A DNA stretch of 63,605 nt, counting the filler, from Chiloscyllium plagiosum (lineage: Eukaryota), in assembly GCF_004010195.1 (NCBI RefSeq). It is 4 parts of one record of this genome, joined end to end, with 100 filler letters (N's around TTAATTAATTAA, not from the genome) between each part and the next. Parts side by side here need not be neighbours in the genome. Positions count along the whole stretch, not along the records: positions 24,544 to 43,487 come from NC_057715.1; positions 43,588 to 57,558 come from NC_057715.1; 2 more parts are not named here. One strand, 5' to 3'. Position 1 is the stretch's first letter, and each line of letters starts with the position of its first letter. The notes below the pieces were generated by a model. The model saw only the letters and a program-made list of their open reading frames with translations, was not told the DNA's origin and ran no database searches. The position numbers and the translations under genes were made by a program. Shown piece by piece: positions 38,206 to 52,074 of this stretch.

Positions 38206-41200
38206 TTAGGAGTTCGATATGGTTCTTAGGGCTAAAGGGATCAAAGGGTACAGGGAGAAAGCGATAACAGGGGACTGAGTTGGATAATCGGCCATGATCA
38301 TATTGAATGACAGAGAAGGCTCGAAGGGCTGAATGGCCTTCTCCTGCTTCTATTTTCTGTGCTGCCCAATGAAATACAAGTACAAGTACAACTAATTAGG
38401 TAGAACACAAAGCAGAACACTGAAGTCCTGAAGCTCATTCTAAGTGGAGTGAGACATGACACGAGAGTGCGGTCAGGCATATTGGTGTCTGGTTCCAAAG
38501 TCCGTGGGTAGGTGAGGGTGCAGCTACTGCCCATGGAGTGTGCCCTGAGATGTTGATGCCTGGTGTCCAAGATGGAGGTCTGGATGAGGAGGCGACGAGC
38601 TGCAGTCTTTGACTGGTATTAGCACTTTCTATTGGAGCTGTGGGAGAATGGGAAGCTGCACCTCAATGAGATGAGAACAGGCAATCATGAGCTGGCTTCC
38701 ATCCATGGGTGTTAAAGGAGGCAAGAGCGCACACTACCGATGCCTTAACCATAATCTTTCACAGTTTGCTGTACCTTTGGATTGGAAATTTGCGCATGTC
38801 ACTCGCTCTCTAAGGACCGTGACATCTATGGTGGGAAAATTGTTGGAGTCTATAATCAAGGTGGGTGGCACAGTGGATCAGTGGTTAGCATGGCTGCCTC
38901 ACAGTGCCAGGGACTCAGGTTAGAATCTAGGCTCAGGTGACTGTCTGTGTGGAGTTTGCATGTTCCCCCAGTGTCTGTGTGGGTTTCTACCGGATGCTCC
39001 AGTTTCCACCCACAATCCACAGATGTACAGGTTAGGTGGATTGGCCATGCTAAATTGCCCATAGTGTCCAAGGTGGAGTAGCTATGGGAAATGCAGAGTT
39101 GGAGTGGGTCTGAGTGGAATGCTCTTTGGAGGGTTGGTTTGGGCTCGATGGGCCAAATGGCTTGCTTCTGCACAGTAGGGATTCTATGAAGACAGGGTAA
39201 CTGATCTCCTCAAAAAAAAACAGTTAAATCAGAGCGAGTCAGCATGGATTCATGAAGGGGATGTTATGTCTGACAAACATTGTAGAGTTTTATTGCAGAG
39301 GTGACAAAGGTAGTGGCTAGAACTAAGTCGATGGATGTAGTTTATGTGGATTTCCAGAAGGTTTTTGATTGAATTCCATACACAAGATGGTTGGTTAAGG
39401 TGGAGGCTCACGGAGCTGAGGGCAAATTACTGAAATGAATAGGGAAACTGGTTGAGCGTCAGGGAACAGAGAGTTGGAATAATGGGCGAGTGCTCAAATT
39501 GGCAGGATGCGACTAGTGGTATCCCACAGGGATCTATGTTGGGGCCTCCTTTGTTCACAATATTTAAGCCATTATTCGAGTTGTCAATAAAGAGTCAAAT
39601 ATTCAAATTTCCTGAAGACACAAAATTGGGTAGCATTGTAGACAGTTGACAACAGCATAACATTATAACAGGATATTGATAGAATAGGTAAATGGGAAAA
39701 GTTGTGGCAGATTGATTTTAATATAAGCAAGAGTAGGTCATCCATTTCAGACTGAAAAAGGATAGATCAGGGTACTTTCTCAGAAGGCAGTGGATGTCCA
39801 ATGGGATTTGGAGTTTCAGGAGCAGGCCTAGATGCCTAGACAACTAAAAAAAATGTTATGCCCAAATCTTTATTAAAAACTCAGTAGACCTCTTGCATTC
39901 AAGCAGTGGTGGAACATTTTATTTCAAGGAATGAGCATTAATCACATTGTGAGCAGAAACACACTATCAGTAAAGGTGACAGATATAGATTCAGTGGCAA
40001 TTTTCAGAAGAGAATTGGGTAAATAAGACAAATCTACAGGCCTGTATGGTAAAATGCGACAGGGGAATGGGACTAATGGATCAAAGAGATAGCTGCAACA
40101 GGTTGGGCCAAGTGCCTTACCTCTGTATTGATCATGACACATCAGAACACAATCGCAAATGTTAACTCTAAAGCCTTTAACCCCAGGGAGGGTCACTAAA
40201 ATCTCCCCACCAAGGCACATTCCATCCTTACTTGGAACTATGTCACTGTTCTTTCAGTGTCACTGGGTCAAATTCCAGGAACTCTTTCCCTAACGGCATT
40301 GTGGGTTACTTACACCACAAGGACTGCAGCAGTTCAAGGCTCCTTAGAGAGCACCTTCCAAACCCACAATCATTTCCATCTAGAAGGACAAGGGCAGTAG
40401 ATACATGGAAACGCCACCCCCTGCAAGTTTCCCTCTGAGCCATTCACCATTTTGATTTGGAAATATATTGCCGTTCTTTCACTGTCACTGGGTCAAAATC
40501 CTTGGATTCCCTCCCATAAAGCATTGTGGGTCTACCTACAGCATGTGGATTGCAGTTGGTCAAGAAGGCAGCTCACCACCACCTTCTCAAGGCTAACTAG
40601 GCATGGGCAATAATTGCTGGCCCAGCCAGTGATGTCCATATTCTGTGAATGAACCAGCTATTGGTACCAAATGAGGAAAGATGCCCATACAATATTAGCA
40701 GAAGACAGACTCAATTTTGCCAAATTGTAAACGTGCGAGTTAGTTAGCAACATGTTGTAAACATCAAGAATAATCAATGAAGCACTGGTTAAGATACTCT
40801 ACATAACTCTTGGAGAGTTGGTTAGCTCCTGCTGGGATCAGTCCTTTGTACCCTGAAGGGTGGAGCTTATCATGTGATGTACTTTCAGGCTCTAAGTGCT
40901 TTGTAACAACACAGATCATCTTTAATACAGAGAAGGCTCGGCTTTGCAACAAGTGAAGTGCAGCCGAAGGTGGCCTTTGTTAATGACTCTGCAAGATGGA
41001 AATCATCTACCATTGAACAGCTGCCGCTGCAAGACTTTTAGTGGTTTTCTCTGACTGTGCTCAGTGATTTACAACCAATATCATCATCAGGCTAAGCCAG
41101 AACTCAGTGACAGTGACAATCTGTGAGTCATACTTCCACCCTGAATTAAAACTAGAAAACGTCCCATCCATGAGATCTGAGTCCAATCTTCAGGCTGGTG

Positions 41201-43295
41201 CCTGGTGTGCAGCATTGAGGGAGTCGCTGATGTCTCCGTTTTCAAGGTGAGATGGTAAACGGAGGCTCCCTCTGTCACTACATGCACATTTGATTGATTT
41301 GTCAAAGGAAGAGGACAGTCAATGGAATAGATGTTGGAGGGAATAGGGAAATATGTCAGAGACGCTGTGGAGACAGAGCAGAGGGTGTGTGTGTATGTGA
41401 GTTTTTGAGGAGAGAGAAAGGCACTGATTAAGATGCAATGTGGTCAATTTGTGCATAGCGAGTTCACAGAAACAGCAATTCATAGGAACACAACAGCAGA
41501 AGGAGTCCTTTCAGCCCTGCGAACCTGTTCCATCATTCATTAAGCTTGGGCCTGATCTGCTTGTTATCTCACTTTTACTTACCTGCTTGTCCCTTACAAT
41601 GACACAATAATGTGCCTTTCATTGGTGAAGATTAATGTATAAATAGTGTGCAGGTCGCCAGTGAGTTGTCCCTGCTTGGCACTGACAGTCTTATATCGAA
41701 GATCATTTATTGCCACTGGAGGGCTAATGCAGCGTTGATTTTATGTCTCATCTGAAACAAGGCAAGTGCAGTGCTCCCTCAGTAGTACATTAGCTTGTCA
41801 ATCTAGATTAGAAGCTCAAATTGACTGCTCTTAGGCATGCAAACCCACAATCAGAGACAATGACCCAAGGAGTGCAGTGACCAAAGTGCTCCAATGAATT
41901 AAAAACTAGAAAACGTAAAGAAGATGTCTTGTTTTAACATCACTGAGCCAACAATTCCAGCGTGTGGCAATGGAAATGTGTGGGATTTCTGCTATGCTCA
42001 TCCTGCCCACTTCAATGACACAAAATGTCACATTGCCGGATCTTAACATGTGAACTAAAACTTATTACAAGCTAGTAAATTATATAGAGGCAGGAAGACA
42101 TAGCCAGCAATTAACAGTACAGTACATTACTTCCCAAAAAAATTCATTCAGAAGCAATCATTGGACCAAGTATTTCATGAAATTTACTGAAATCCTTTTA
42201 ATGCTACAGAAGACCTCTGACTTGTTGATAAGTGTTTCTGGGGCAATTGACCCCCTTACCAATCATCACAACTTGGGATCGTAGTTAGCCTTCATAACCA
42301 TTGTCTTTAACTCTCCTTTTGCTCTTGCTTGTTAGAGAATTTGCTTACATTTGAACATGTAGAAAGAGACTCAAAGCTGTCTGCTTAATAAAATGAAAGT
42401 GCCAAACTTTTGATAGATGGGAATGTTCAAATCAGAAAATAAACAGATTAACTAGGTGGTACATGATTTTATTGAACAGTGGAACAGTCCTTAAGAGCAG
42501 AATGACCTATGTCTGATATATGGTGCCTTTAACATAATAAAATATCCCAATGAATTTCATGGTGACTCAGTGGTTAGCACTGCTACCTCACAGCACCAGG
42601 GACCTGGATTCAATTCCACCTTCAGGGCCACTATCTATGTGGAGCTTGCACGTTCTCAGTGTGTCTGCTTGGGTTTCCTCTGGGTGCTCTCGTTTCCTCC
42701 CACAGTCCAAAGATGTGCAGCCTAGGTGGTTTAGCCATGATAAATACAGGCCTTCAACCATAGGGTGGGTTTGGGCAGGATGGTCTTTGGAGGGTTGGTG
42801 TAGATTCAATGGGCCGAGCGGCCTGCTTCCACACTGTAGGGATTCTATGGTTTTAAAACGCGAAACACCAAGCCACACTAAGACAAAAACCTGAATGTTT
42901 CAGTTTCAACAGCCCTTTGAGGTAAAGAATTCCACAGATTCATTGCCCTCTGAGATGAGAAATTCCTCCTTATTTCTGTCTTAAACTTGTAGCTCCTTAT
43001 TCTGAGATGAAGCTCTCTGGTTCTAGACTGTCCCACAAGGGGAAACAACCTTCCTGCATCTACCCTGAGAAGCTGTCCAAAAATCTATTGATACCTCTAA
43101 GATCAGAGAGCGGTTGCCATGCATTTCAGTGGGGGTCAGGTAAACCCTGGACTTTGCAACCTCAAGAAAGAAAAGTGACCCGAGTGGATTTACTGATCCT
43201 CCAGGATTGACGTGGAGTAGAAATGGAAAGAAATCTTCAAGCCTGAAAGCAAAACGGGAGATATCAGATAAGTACAGGTACAAGTGTTTAATGCT

Positions 43296-43487
43296 GGAAA
43301 TGTGTTGCTGGAAAAGCACAGCAGGTCAGGCAGCATCCAAGGAGCAGGAGAATTGACGTTTCGGGCATAAACCCTTCTTCAGGAATGAGGAAAGTTTGTC
43401 CAGCAGGCGAAGATAAAAGGTAGGGAGGAGGGACTTGGGGGAGGGGCGTCGGAAATGTGATAGGTGGAAAGAGGTCAAGGTGAGGGT
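43296..43487 (-). mobile_element. Penelope-like terminal fragment running into the gap; HHR core at 43355-43382
   Basis: Minus strand CUGAAGA-A-GGGU-UUAU-GCCC-GAAA-CGUC. Confidence 0.8.
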
Positions 43488-43587
43488 NNNNNNNNNNNNN
43501 NNNNNNNNNNNNNNNNNNNNNNNNNNNNNNNTTAATTAATTAANNNNNNNNNNNNNNNNNNNNNNNNNNNNNNNNNNNNNNNNNNNN
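43488..43587. other. Artificial 100-bp scaffold gap with TTAATTAATTAA spacer
   Basis: 44 N + spacer (43532-43543) + 44 N; the two flanks belong to different repeat families. Confidence 0.98.
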
Positions 43588-43960
43588 ACAGATAACTGAG
43601 ATCTCCTTACAAATTTGTTTCTCAATTTCCCTTTGACTATTAGGGGGTCTATAATACAATCCCAATAAGGTGATCATCCCTTTCTTATTTCTCAGTTCCA
43701 CACAAATAACTTCCCTGGATGTATTTCCGGAAATATCCTCCCTCAGTACAGCTGTAATGCTATCCCTTATCAAAAACGCCACTCCCCCTCCTCTCTTGCC
43801 TCCCTTTCTGTCCTTCCTGTAGTATTTGTATCCTGGAACATTAAGCTGCCAGTCCTGCCCATCCCTGAGCCATGTTTCTGTAATTGCTATGATATCCCAG
43901 TCACACGTTCCAATCTTGTCCTGAGTTCATCTGCCTTCCCTCTTGCATTGAAATAAATCT
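43588..43960 (-). mobile_element. CR1 LINE endonuclease (APE) domain fragment
   Basis: GGVAFLIRDSI...ICVELRNKKGMITLLGLYYRPPNS; truncated by the gap. Confidence 0.88.
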
Positions 43961-44699
43961 AGTTTAATTTATCAGTTCATTGTTCTACGCTGCATTCCTG
44001 TCAATCCCAGCATCTAATAAGGGAGCATTGCAGGTACAATGACTGGTTCAAACTTAAGGCTGTTGGAATTGCAGTGTATATTAAACTGTGGTGCAACTCG
44101 AGAAATCACAATGTCCAAGATTAAACTGAACAGATACCTTGCATTGATCTTTACTATAACACATCACATCCCAAAAGCTTCCTTAAATCAGGAAATGGGA
44201 GAGAGGAACGCGAGACAATCATTGAACATTCTTGTAAATCTCCTCTGAACTAGATACAGCAAGTAATTAGTCATACAGCACGGAAACAGACCGTTCGGTG
44301 CAATTTATCCATGCCAATCAAGTTTCCCAAACTAAACTAGTCCAAATTGCATGCATTCGACCCATTTCCCTCTAAACCTTTCCTATTAATGAATTTATCC
44401 AAATTATTTTACATGTTGGCACTGCATCTACCACTTCCGCTGGTAGTTCATTCTACATACAAAACACCGTGTGTGTGAAAGAGTTGCCCCTCAGGTCCCT
44501 TCTCTTCTCTCATTTAAAAATATACCCCTAATTTTGAACCATGAGGAAAGCTAAAATGTTACAGCGAGAGAAATTGAACATAAGTGGAGAAAGCTTATGC
44601 TTCAGCATTGTTGGTGAGATCACATCCAATTCTGTTTATTTTTGATTTCCTGGTCTTCTGTGGGACGGTGATGGTAAAATGCTGTTATCAATTGACTAG

Positions 44700-46270
44700 T
44701 AATCCAGGACCTAGATAATGTCCTGGAACCCAGGTTCAAATCCCACCACAGCAGATGGTGGAATGAGCACAATAATAATAATTATAAAACTAATGTTCTT
44801 AACAGGATATGGCTGCAGGCCCATAGCAATGTGATGGACTCTTAATTACTCTCTGAAAACAGCTAAACCAGACCTAGGCACCAGAAAAGACAACAACTCT
44901 CTTGATCTTATTGACTCTGCAAAGACTGTCTTAACCAACATCTGGGGACGAGTGCCAAAATTGGGAGAACAACCTTACTAGTCAAACACAGCCTGAGATA
45001 ATCAATCTCATGAAACCATACCTTATACAAAAGCTCCCAGACTCCATCATCACTATCCCTGGGTATGCCCTCTCCCATTGGCATGTCAGATCCAGCAGCA
45101 TAGCAGGCAGAACAATGGTACATAGTTGGGACCAGTTCCCCTCAATAATGATGATGGCATAATTTCAAATATGAAATGAGAAAACTCCTGTTTACAACAT
45201 ATTGCAGCCTGATGAATCAGTACTCCCAGATGTTGATCACTTGGGGGAAACATGACGTAGCAAGGGTGCAGAATGTACTTTGGATAAGAGGCATCAATGT
45301 CTGAGCTGACAGGTGCTAAGGGAACCATTGAGGAGGAAAACAAATTTCCATCATCACCCTTACCCAATGACAGTATCTATAAGAATGACCACTGCACACA
45401 GTCTTTGTGCAGAGCAAGTTCCATCTTCACTTTGGGCTAGCCTCCATCACACTGTGCAGCATTATCATCATGGTAAATGGGATAGATCCAAAACAAACAA
45501 CCAACCCAAGACTGGGCATCCCCTGGAGATCGCCAACTTCACAGATGCACAGTTTCAGCCACTCTATATCAAGAATGGCTGGAAGCACTGGGTACTGCAA
45601 AGACCCTGTCAACATACCGGTAATAGTACTGTAGATATGCACTCCAGAATTTGCTGTGCCCCTAGCTAAGATGTTTCAGTACATCTAGAACACTGACATC
45701 AACCCCAAAATATGGAAAATTGCCCAGGTATGCCCTCTATACACAAAGCAGGATAAACCCAATTTATTCAATTAACACCCCATCAGTCTGGTCCTGATCA
45801 CCAGTAAAATGATAGAACAGCATTCCCTCTCCTTTTCTTAATGGCCACATGGGCCTGCGAGGCCTGTGTTTGGGAGAAATTTCTGGAACCAGAAAGCCAA
45901 TGCTGCAATGGGCACGCTGATACAACTGCAGCATAGAAACATTGGAGTGACATGTGTACAGCTAAGAGGAACACTGGACACCAACAGAGCTTTCAAACCT
46001 GCACTTGTACATCAATAACCTGTGCATTGACTCCCAGTTTGGGTTCCACCAAGACCATTTACTTCCTGATCACATTACAGCCTTTGTCAAAACATGGACA
46101 ACAAAGCTGAATTCCAGAGTGAGGTGGGATTGACTGCCTTTGACAGGAAGGTCACATTTAAGCAAACATGACAACATGGAGTCTAGAAAAATTGGACTCA
46201 ATGGAAATCAGGGGAAATCTCTGTTGTTTAGAGACACACCTGGCACACAGGAAGACAGTTATGGTTGTCA
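44700..46270 (+). mobile_element. Highly decayed CR1-group LINE; related pieces at ~49300-50250, 29260-29620 and 16430-16550
   Basis: Remnant motifs WKIAQVCP.(H)K.QDK.N..N..PISL and ALDIK.AFDR, with many stop codons. Confidence 0.65.
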
Positions 46271-47734
46271 GATGTCAGCTCTATCAGGTAGCTGTGGAGC
46301 AGGACTATAGACAGAATTTATAGCAAAAGATTACTCTTTTGCAATTAATTCTGTTTCTTATGACGCTGCTCCACAGCTACCTGATAAAGGAGCAGCGGTC
46401 CGAAAGTTAGTGCTTCCAAATAAACCTGTTGGACTGTTACCTGATGTTGTGTGATTTTTAAGCTCATTCTACATATGCACTAGTACAACCAAAGCACGCA
46501 GGAGTTGTAGCCCTCAACCTCTACTTGTAGAAAAAGGCCAGTTCAGGTTTTTTGACAGGCATGACACAACACAAACCGAAAATGACTCAGATGGAAGGAA
46601 TGGATAGTGCCTTCAGAAACCACAACTATTGCATCAGATTTCCACACCATGCCTTCGTAATGACAGGGTGCAATAATCATGGTCATCAGGAGTTCAGCTT
46701 GCCATATTATTAGTTTGTTTAAAAAAAAAGGAAGTCAACAGCGTGTTTAACGACAATCACTGATATTTCATGTTGAAACCTAACAGTCAGCACTCATTAT
46801 GGAGATAATCATCCTGTTTCTTCTGCTTTATCACAGAGACACTGACTTATTTCACTTTTTCTGTTTGATCATCAACAGGTAGTGACTTGTACCGATACTC
46901 CTGTCACATCTCCTGTAGTGACAACAACCAACCTAAATACCACCACACAGAAACACATCTAATAAGTGCCACATCAAAAGTGGCTGCACAAGATAAGAAT
47001 ATGTTGTGTAGGGGTAACATATTAACATAGATAAAGGATTGATTAGATAACAGGAAGTGAAGAGCAAGGATGACTAGGTCTTCATAGGATTGTTATGTTG
47101 CAGGAGGCCATTCAGCCCATCACTAAGCATTTTAACACTGTGCTAACTTCCTGCCTCTTCTCTATAACCTTGGATTTTGTTACAGCTTCCATAATCATCC
47201 AAGACCCTCCTGAATGCCTCAACTGAACCTGCTTCCATCAGGCAGTGCATTTTAAATACTTGCTGTGTGAAAAGACTTTTCTCACTTTGCACTTGTTCAT
47301 TTTGCAAATAATTTTAAGTCTGTGCTCTCTGGTTCTCAATATTCTTAAAAGCAGGAACATTTCCTCTGTATTTAATTTGTCCAGGCTCCTCATAATTTGG
47401 AAAACATCAATCAAATGCACTTTCAGCCTTTTCCTCTCTAAAGGAAATAGTCTCGACTCCACCAGACGAAGTACTGAATACAAAAAGCAGAAAAAATGTA
47501 ATGCTGCAACTACAGGAATTGCTGGTTAGGACACAGCTGGAGTTGTGCACACAGTTCTGGTTAATATATTACAGGAAGAACATCATTGCTGAAGGCAGAA
47601 TACAGAGAATATTTACAAGCATATTGTCAGGGCTTGAAAATTGCAACTATGAGGAAAGTTTGGATAGTCTAGGTTTGCTTTCCTTAAGGAGGATGCTGTT
47701 GGGTGACTTAATTGAGGTTTACAAACAACAAGCA

Positions 47735-48093
47735 CAACAATAAATGCTGGAGATCATAAGCAAGTCAGACAGCATCCATGGAGAGCAAGCTTACATTTCG
47801 AGTCAAGATGGTTCTTCAGAGCTGAAGTGAAGTGTGCAGGGGGCAGCATTTACGCTACAGTTGGGGGAGGGGTACGGGGTGGGTGTAAAAACTCCACCAG
47901 CACTCCACACCCACCACCCCCTTCCCCAACAATAGCATGAATGCTACCCCCTCCAACTTCACTTCAGCTCTGATGAAGAACCATCTAGACTTGAAATGTT
48001 AGCTTGTTCTCTCTCCATGGATGCTGTCTGACTTGCTTATGATCTCCAGCATCTATTGTTTTCAGATTCCAGCATCTGTAGTAGTTTGCTCCT
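47735..48093 (+). mobile_element. Palindromic Penelope-derived element, second family, inserted in a CR1 fragment
   Basis: ~160-bp imperfect inverted arms (atgctggagatcataagcaagtcagacagcatccatggagag / ctctccatggatgctgtctgacttgcttatgatctccagcat). Degenerate HHR CTGATGA at 47970 and a ccagcatctgtag tail. Confidence 0.8.
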
Positions 48094-48585
48094 AAAAAAC
48101 AATGAGGATTTGGATAGAGTAAACAGGGAAGACTTGCTTTCCCCTACAGAAAGATCAATTACCAGGGATAAAGATTTCCTGAAGAAGGGTTCATGCCCGA
48201 AACGTCGATTCTCCTGCTCCTTGGATGCTGCCTGACCTGCTGCGCTTTTCCAGCAACACATTTTCAACCAAGATTTAAGGCGACTAATGGAAGATTCAAT
48301 AAATTACTTCTTTCTATGTAGTAACATCTGTTGATCTCTAATCTATCCTTAAACTGAAGTGTCTCATCCCTGCAGCCAGCCAAGCATTTTCAGCAGTTTC
48401 TCCAATGAAAAAAAAGTATGGCACCCAGAATTTTGCATAATAAGCCAGCTGAAGTCTAACTAGCAATGGAAATTTGCATAACCTTACTAGTCACATATAC
48501 TCTGCCTCTAATAATGAAGCTTATCCTTATTAAATTTAAAATCACACAACACCAGGTTATAGTCCAAGAGGTTTAATTGGAAGCA

Positions 48586-48620
48586 CACTAGCTTTCGGAG
48601 CGACGCTCCTTCATCAGGTG
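48586..48620 (-). ncRNA. Minimal hammerhead ribozyme (CUA family), intact
   Basis: Minus strand CAC-CUGAUGA-A-GGAGC-GUC-GCUCC-GAAA-GCUA-GUG: stem I CAC/GUG, 5-bp stem II, palindromic AGCU in place of helix III. Confidence 0.8.
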
Positions 48621-51600
48621 GTTGTGTCATCTCCAAATCATATCCTTATAAATGAAGCCTTAACTTCTAGACAGTTTATTACAGCTCTCTCCTATCCTGT
48701 CAATTTTAATACCTTGTCCACATATACACCCAGATCTCTCTGCTTCTACAAATCCTTTGAAATAGTATCCTTTATTTTACAGATACTGAATACAGCAATA
48801 GCTATGAGCCCTGACAATATTCTGTTAACAATACTGAAAACATGCACTGCACCTAACCATTTTATTTTTACCAAAATGCATTACCTCACTGTTGTCTGCA
48901 TCGAATTTTATCTGTCTCTTGCATGACCTCTCCACTATCCTTTTGAAATTCTACATTGCCTTCCTCACTGTGAAAAATACTCAATTTTTACTATTTGCTA
49001 TCTCTCAGTCAACTCAGTCACATTCCTACAGTTCATTTTATTCCATCACCAAGAACGTTCCTCACAGGTCTTCTCTGCGGCACTACATTGAATGCCTTGT
49101 GGAAGGCTATATACTGCACATTATCAGGATTGCCCTCATAAACACTCACCATCACCGCTTCAAAAATTACAGAAATCTATTGAAGCACAACTTTCCCTGA
49201 ATTAATCCGGAATGTTGTAGAGGTTAGACCACTGAAAGCTTTTAAAGAGGAGGTAGGCAGAGTTCTGAAATACTAGGGAGCTACGAGCTATGAGAAGGTA
49301 GCACGAATTCAAACACAATCTGCAACCTCAAGGTCAAACTTATTCTCCCGCTTTGCTAATTCCATCAATCCAGGGGGACCAACCCTAGTTCAATGGAGAA
49401 TGCAGGAGGGTATTCCAGGAGTGGCACTAGGCATGCCTAAAATTAAGGCATCGACCAGGTGAACCTACAAATACGACTATTTGCATGCCTAAAAGCATAA
49501 GCAGCAAGTGACAGACAGCGCTACACAATTCAACAAACAGCAGACTAGATCCACATTCAGCAGTTCAGACATATCCAATCATTAATGGTGGACAATTAAA
49601 TAACTCACTGGAAGAGGAGGCTCCACAGACATCCCCATCCTCAATGATGGGAGTGCCCATAACACCAGTGCAAAAGATAAAGGCATTTACTACAATTTCA
49701 GTCAGAAGTGCTAAGTGGATGATCAATGTCAGCTATCTCTGGAGATCTGCAGCATTTCAAATGACAAATGTCAGGCAATTTGATTCACTCCATGATATTG
49801 AGAAATGACCAAAAGATACCAAATACTGCAATAGCTATGAGCCCTAACAATATTCTGAAAACATGCACTGCACCTAACCAAGCTGCTCCAGTACAACAAT
49901 AATGCTGGCATTTACCCAACAATGTGGAAAATTGCTGAGGTATTGTTTGTCTACATAAAAACAGGATAAACCCCAACTAATAACCACTCCAGTCAGCTCA
50001 TCAGTAGAACAATAGAGGGGATCATCAACAGAGTAATCGAGCAAAACTTGCTCAGCAATGATGTGCTCACTGATACTCAAATTGAGTTCTGCCAGAGCCA
50101 TTCAGCTCCCGACTTCATATAGTTCAAAAAGGACAAATGAGCTGAATTCCAGAGGTAAGGCAAGTGTTCTTGCCCTTGACATCAAGGATGCATTTGACCG
50201 AGCATTGAATAAGGAATCCCAGCAAAACCAGAGACAATGAGAATCGGGAAAACTCTCCTTTAATTCGGATCTTTGGACTGTGGGAGGAGACCGGAGCACC
50301 CGGAGGAAACCCACACAGACATGGGGAGAACGTGCAAACTCCACACAGTCATTCGCCTGAGAGTATTCAGTCACACTCCTGACATGGGCCTTGTAACAGG
50401 CTTTGGACAGTCAGGAGATGAGTTATTTGCTGCAGCATTCCTAATAGGCCACTGTTATGCTTTATTTACAACACAAATAATAACAAATAGAACTTATCCC
50501 TTCTCACTTGCATTAATTGACTACTCGGCCATTGCAGAGATCACAATGATACTGTAAACTTCCGGTATTTCAGGTTTATAACTGTTGCCAGTTTATTGAG
50601 TGTGCCAGTTCATAAGGCACCGTTTACAACAAAGCTTGCTGTACATCATTCATTAACTGAGCAGTATGGCGGACAAAAGTCAACCTATTTCCATTAGTTT
50701 AATTGACACAAACAAATAGTAATTTCAAAGCAGTCCAAGTTATATACCTAATTGTGAATGTAAAGCAATGTCCTAGGTTATATAACTGATATGCTTAAAC
50801 TTTAACATTTCTTTTCATTCTCATCTTGACACAGTAACCATCAAGCACAAGACCATCATTTGCAATTCAGCATCAATACTAATCTTCAAAGCATGACAGA
50901 CAATATTCCCTTTAAAACTTTAGACATTGTGTATGATCTATTTTACTAAGGGTGTGGTCCCTTTTAGTACTTTATTACATGACTGCACAAGGTATCATTG
51001 ATCACAGAACAATGTTGGTGAGGTGCTTTTCAAGAACACAGCAGTCACACATAAATCCCAAACGATTTAATGTTTCATGCTATATTTTCTCTTCTAAATA
51101 CCATGCAACAGTTTAATTCTAGGAATGGGGGATTAAGGCAAACTTCCTGTCATAACTGAAAGACTGGAGGTCAACCTTTCAGAATTTATAGCTTGAGTTC
51201 ATTTCCTGGGTGGAAATATTGGTTTTGAAGAATGGTGGTCACTCAAATGGATTTGAGAGAAAAGCAAAGTCATTAAAAAGCTTCCTTTCTGAACAAATTG
51301 ATGATTAGTCACAGTGGTAAGTTACACAGCACCAAGTTAAAGTTAAAGATCCAAAGACTCCTTGTTGTTGCTCGGTAGCATTTACCATGGTCTAAGTGGT
51401 CACTGGTTCTCAGCTTACATTTCAGAACACAATTGAATGAGGAATAACTGTATGTCTGCACATTTACATAGTTAAAAACATCTTGAAAAGCATTGAAGGA
51501 ACTATTACATAGAACGTATGTGGAACCAAGCATATCATGAGCTAAACATTAGTTATTTTACTTTTACGTAGAAAATGAATTTGCTACCACTTAGCTAGGG

Positions 51601-52074
51601 TAAAGGGTACACAACACACTTGAAGATTTATCAGTTTAATCGAACAGGCAGCATACTGCCCTCTCAGTATACGAAGCCACCTTGCCAATACTGTACCAAA
51701 TATTATCCAAGATACAGTTTTCAGATAACACTGCAGACTTGGCACCTGTTCAAGCTGATGTTAAAATTATATTTGGTTAGTTGGAGGAACAGAATTCTTC
51801 ATGGATGGAATGAGGTAGGTCAAATGGCCTTCTTCTAAACTGATCCAAATTAAAATGAAATGTATACCTGTTACGCAATGTTAAAAAAATCAAATTCATT
51901 TACTGAAGTGACAGTCCTGTAATAATTCAATCATCCCTTTCATCTTTTGCATATTTTGCATAAAATTGTAAACATTAATGGGAATGAGGGGAACTTTTCA
52001 AAAGTACAGACAGAAAGAGATCCAAAAGTAGGCCTAAACTGTTTAAAACAACTTCTCTGCTAATATATCAGTGG

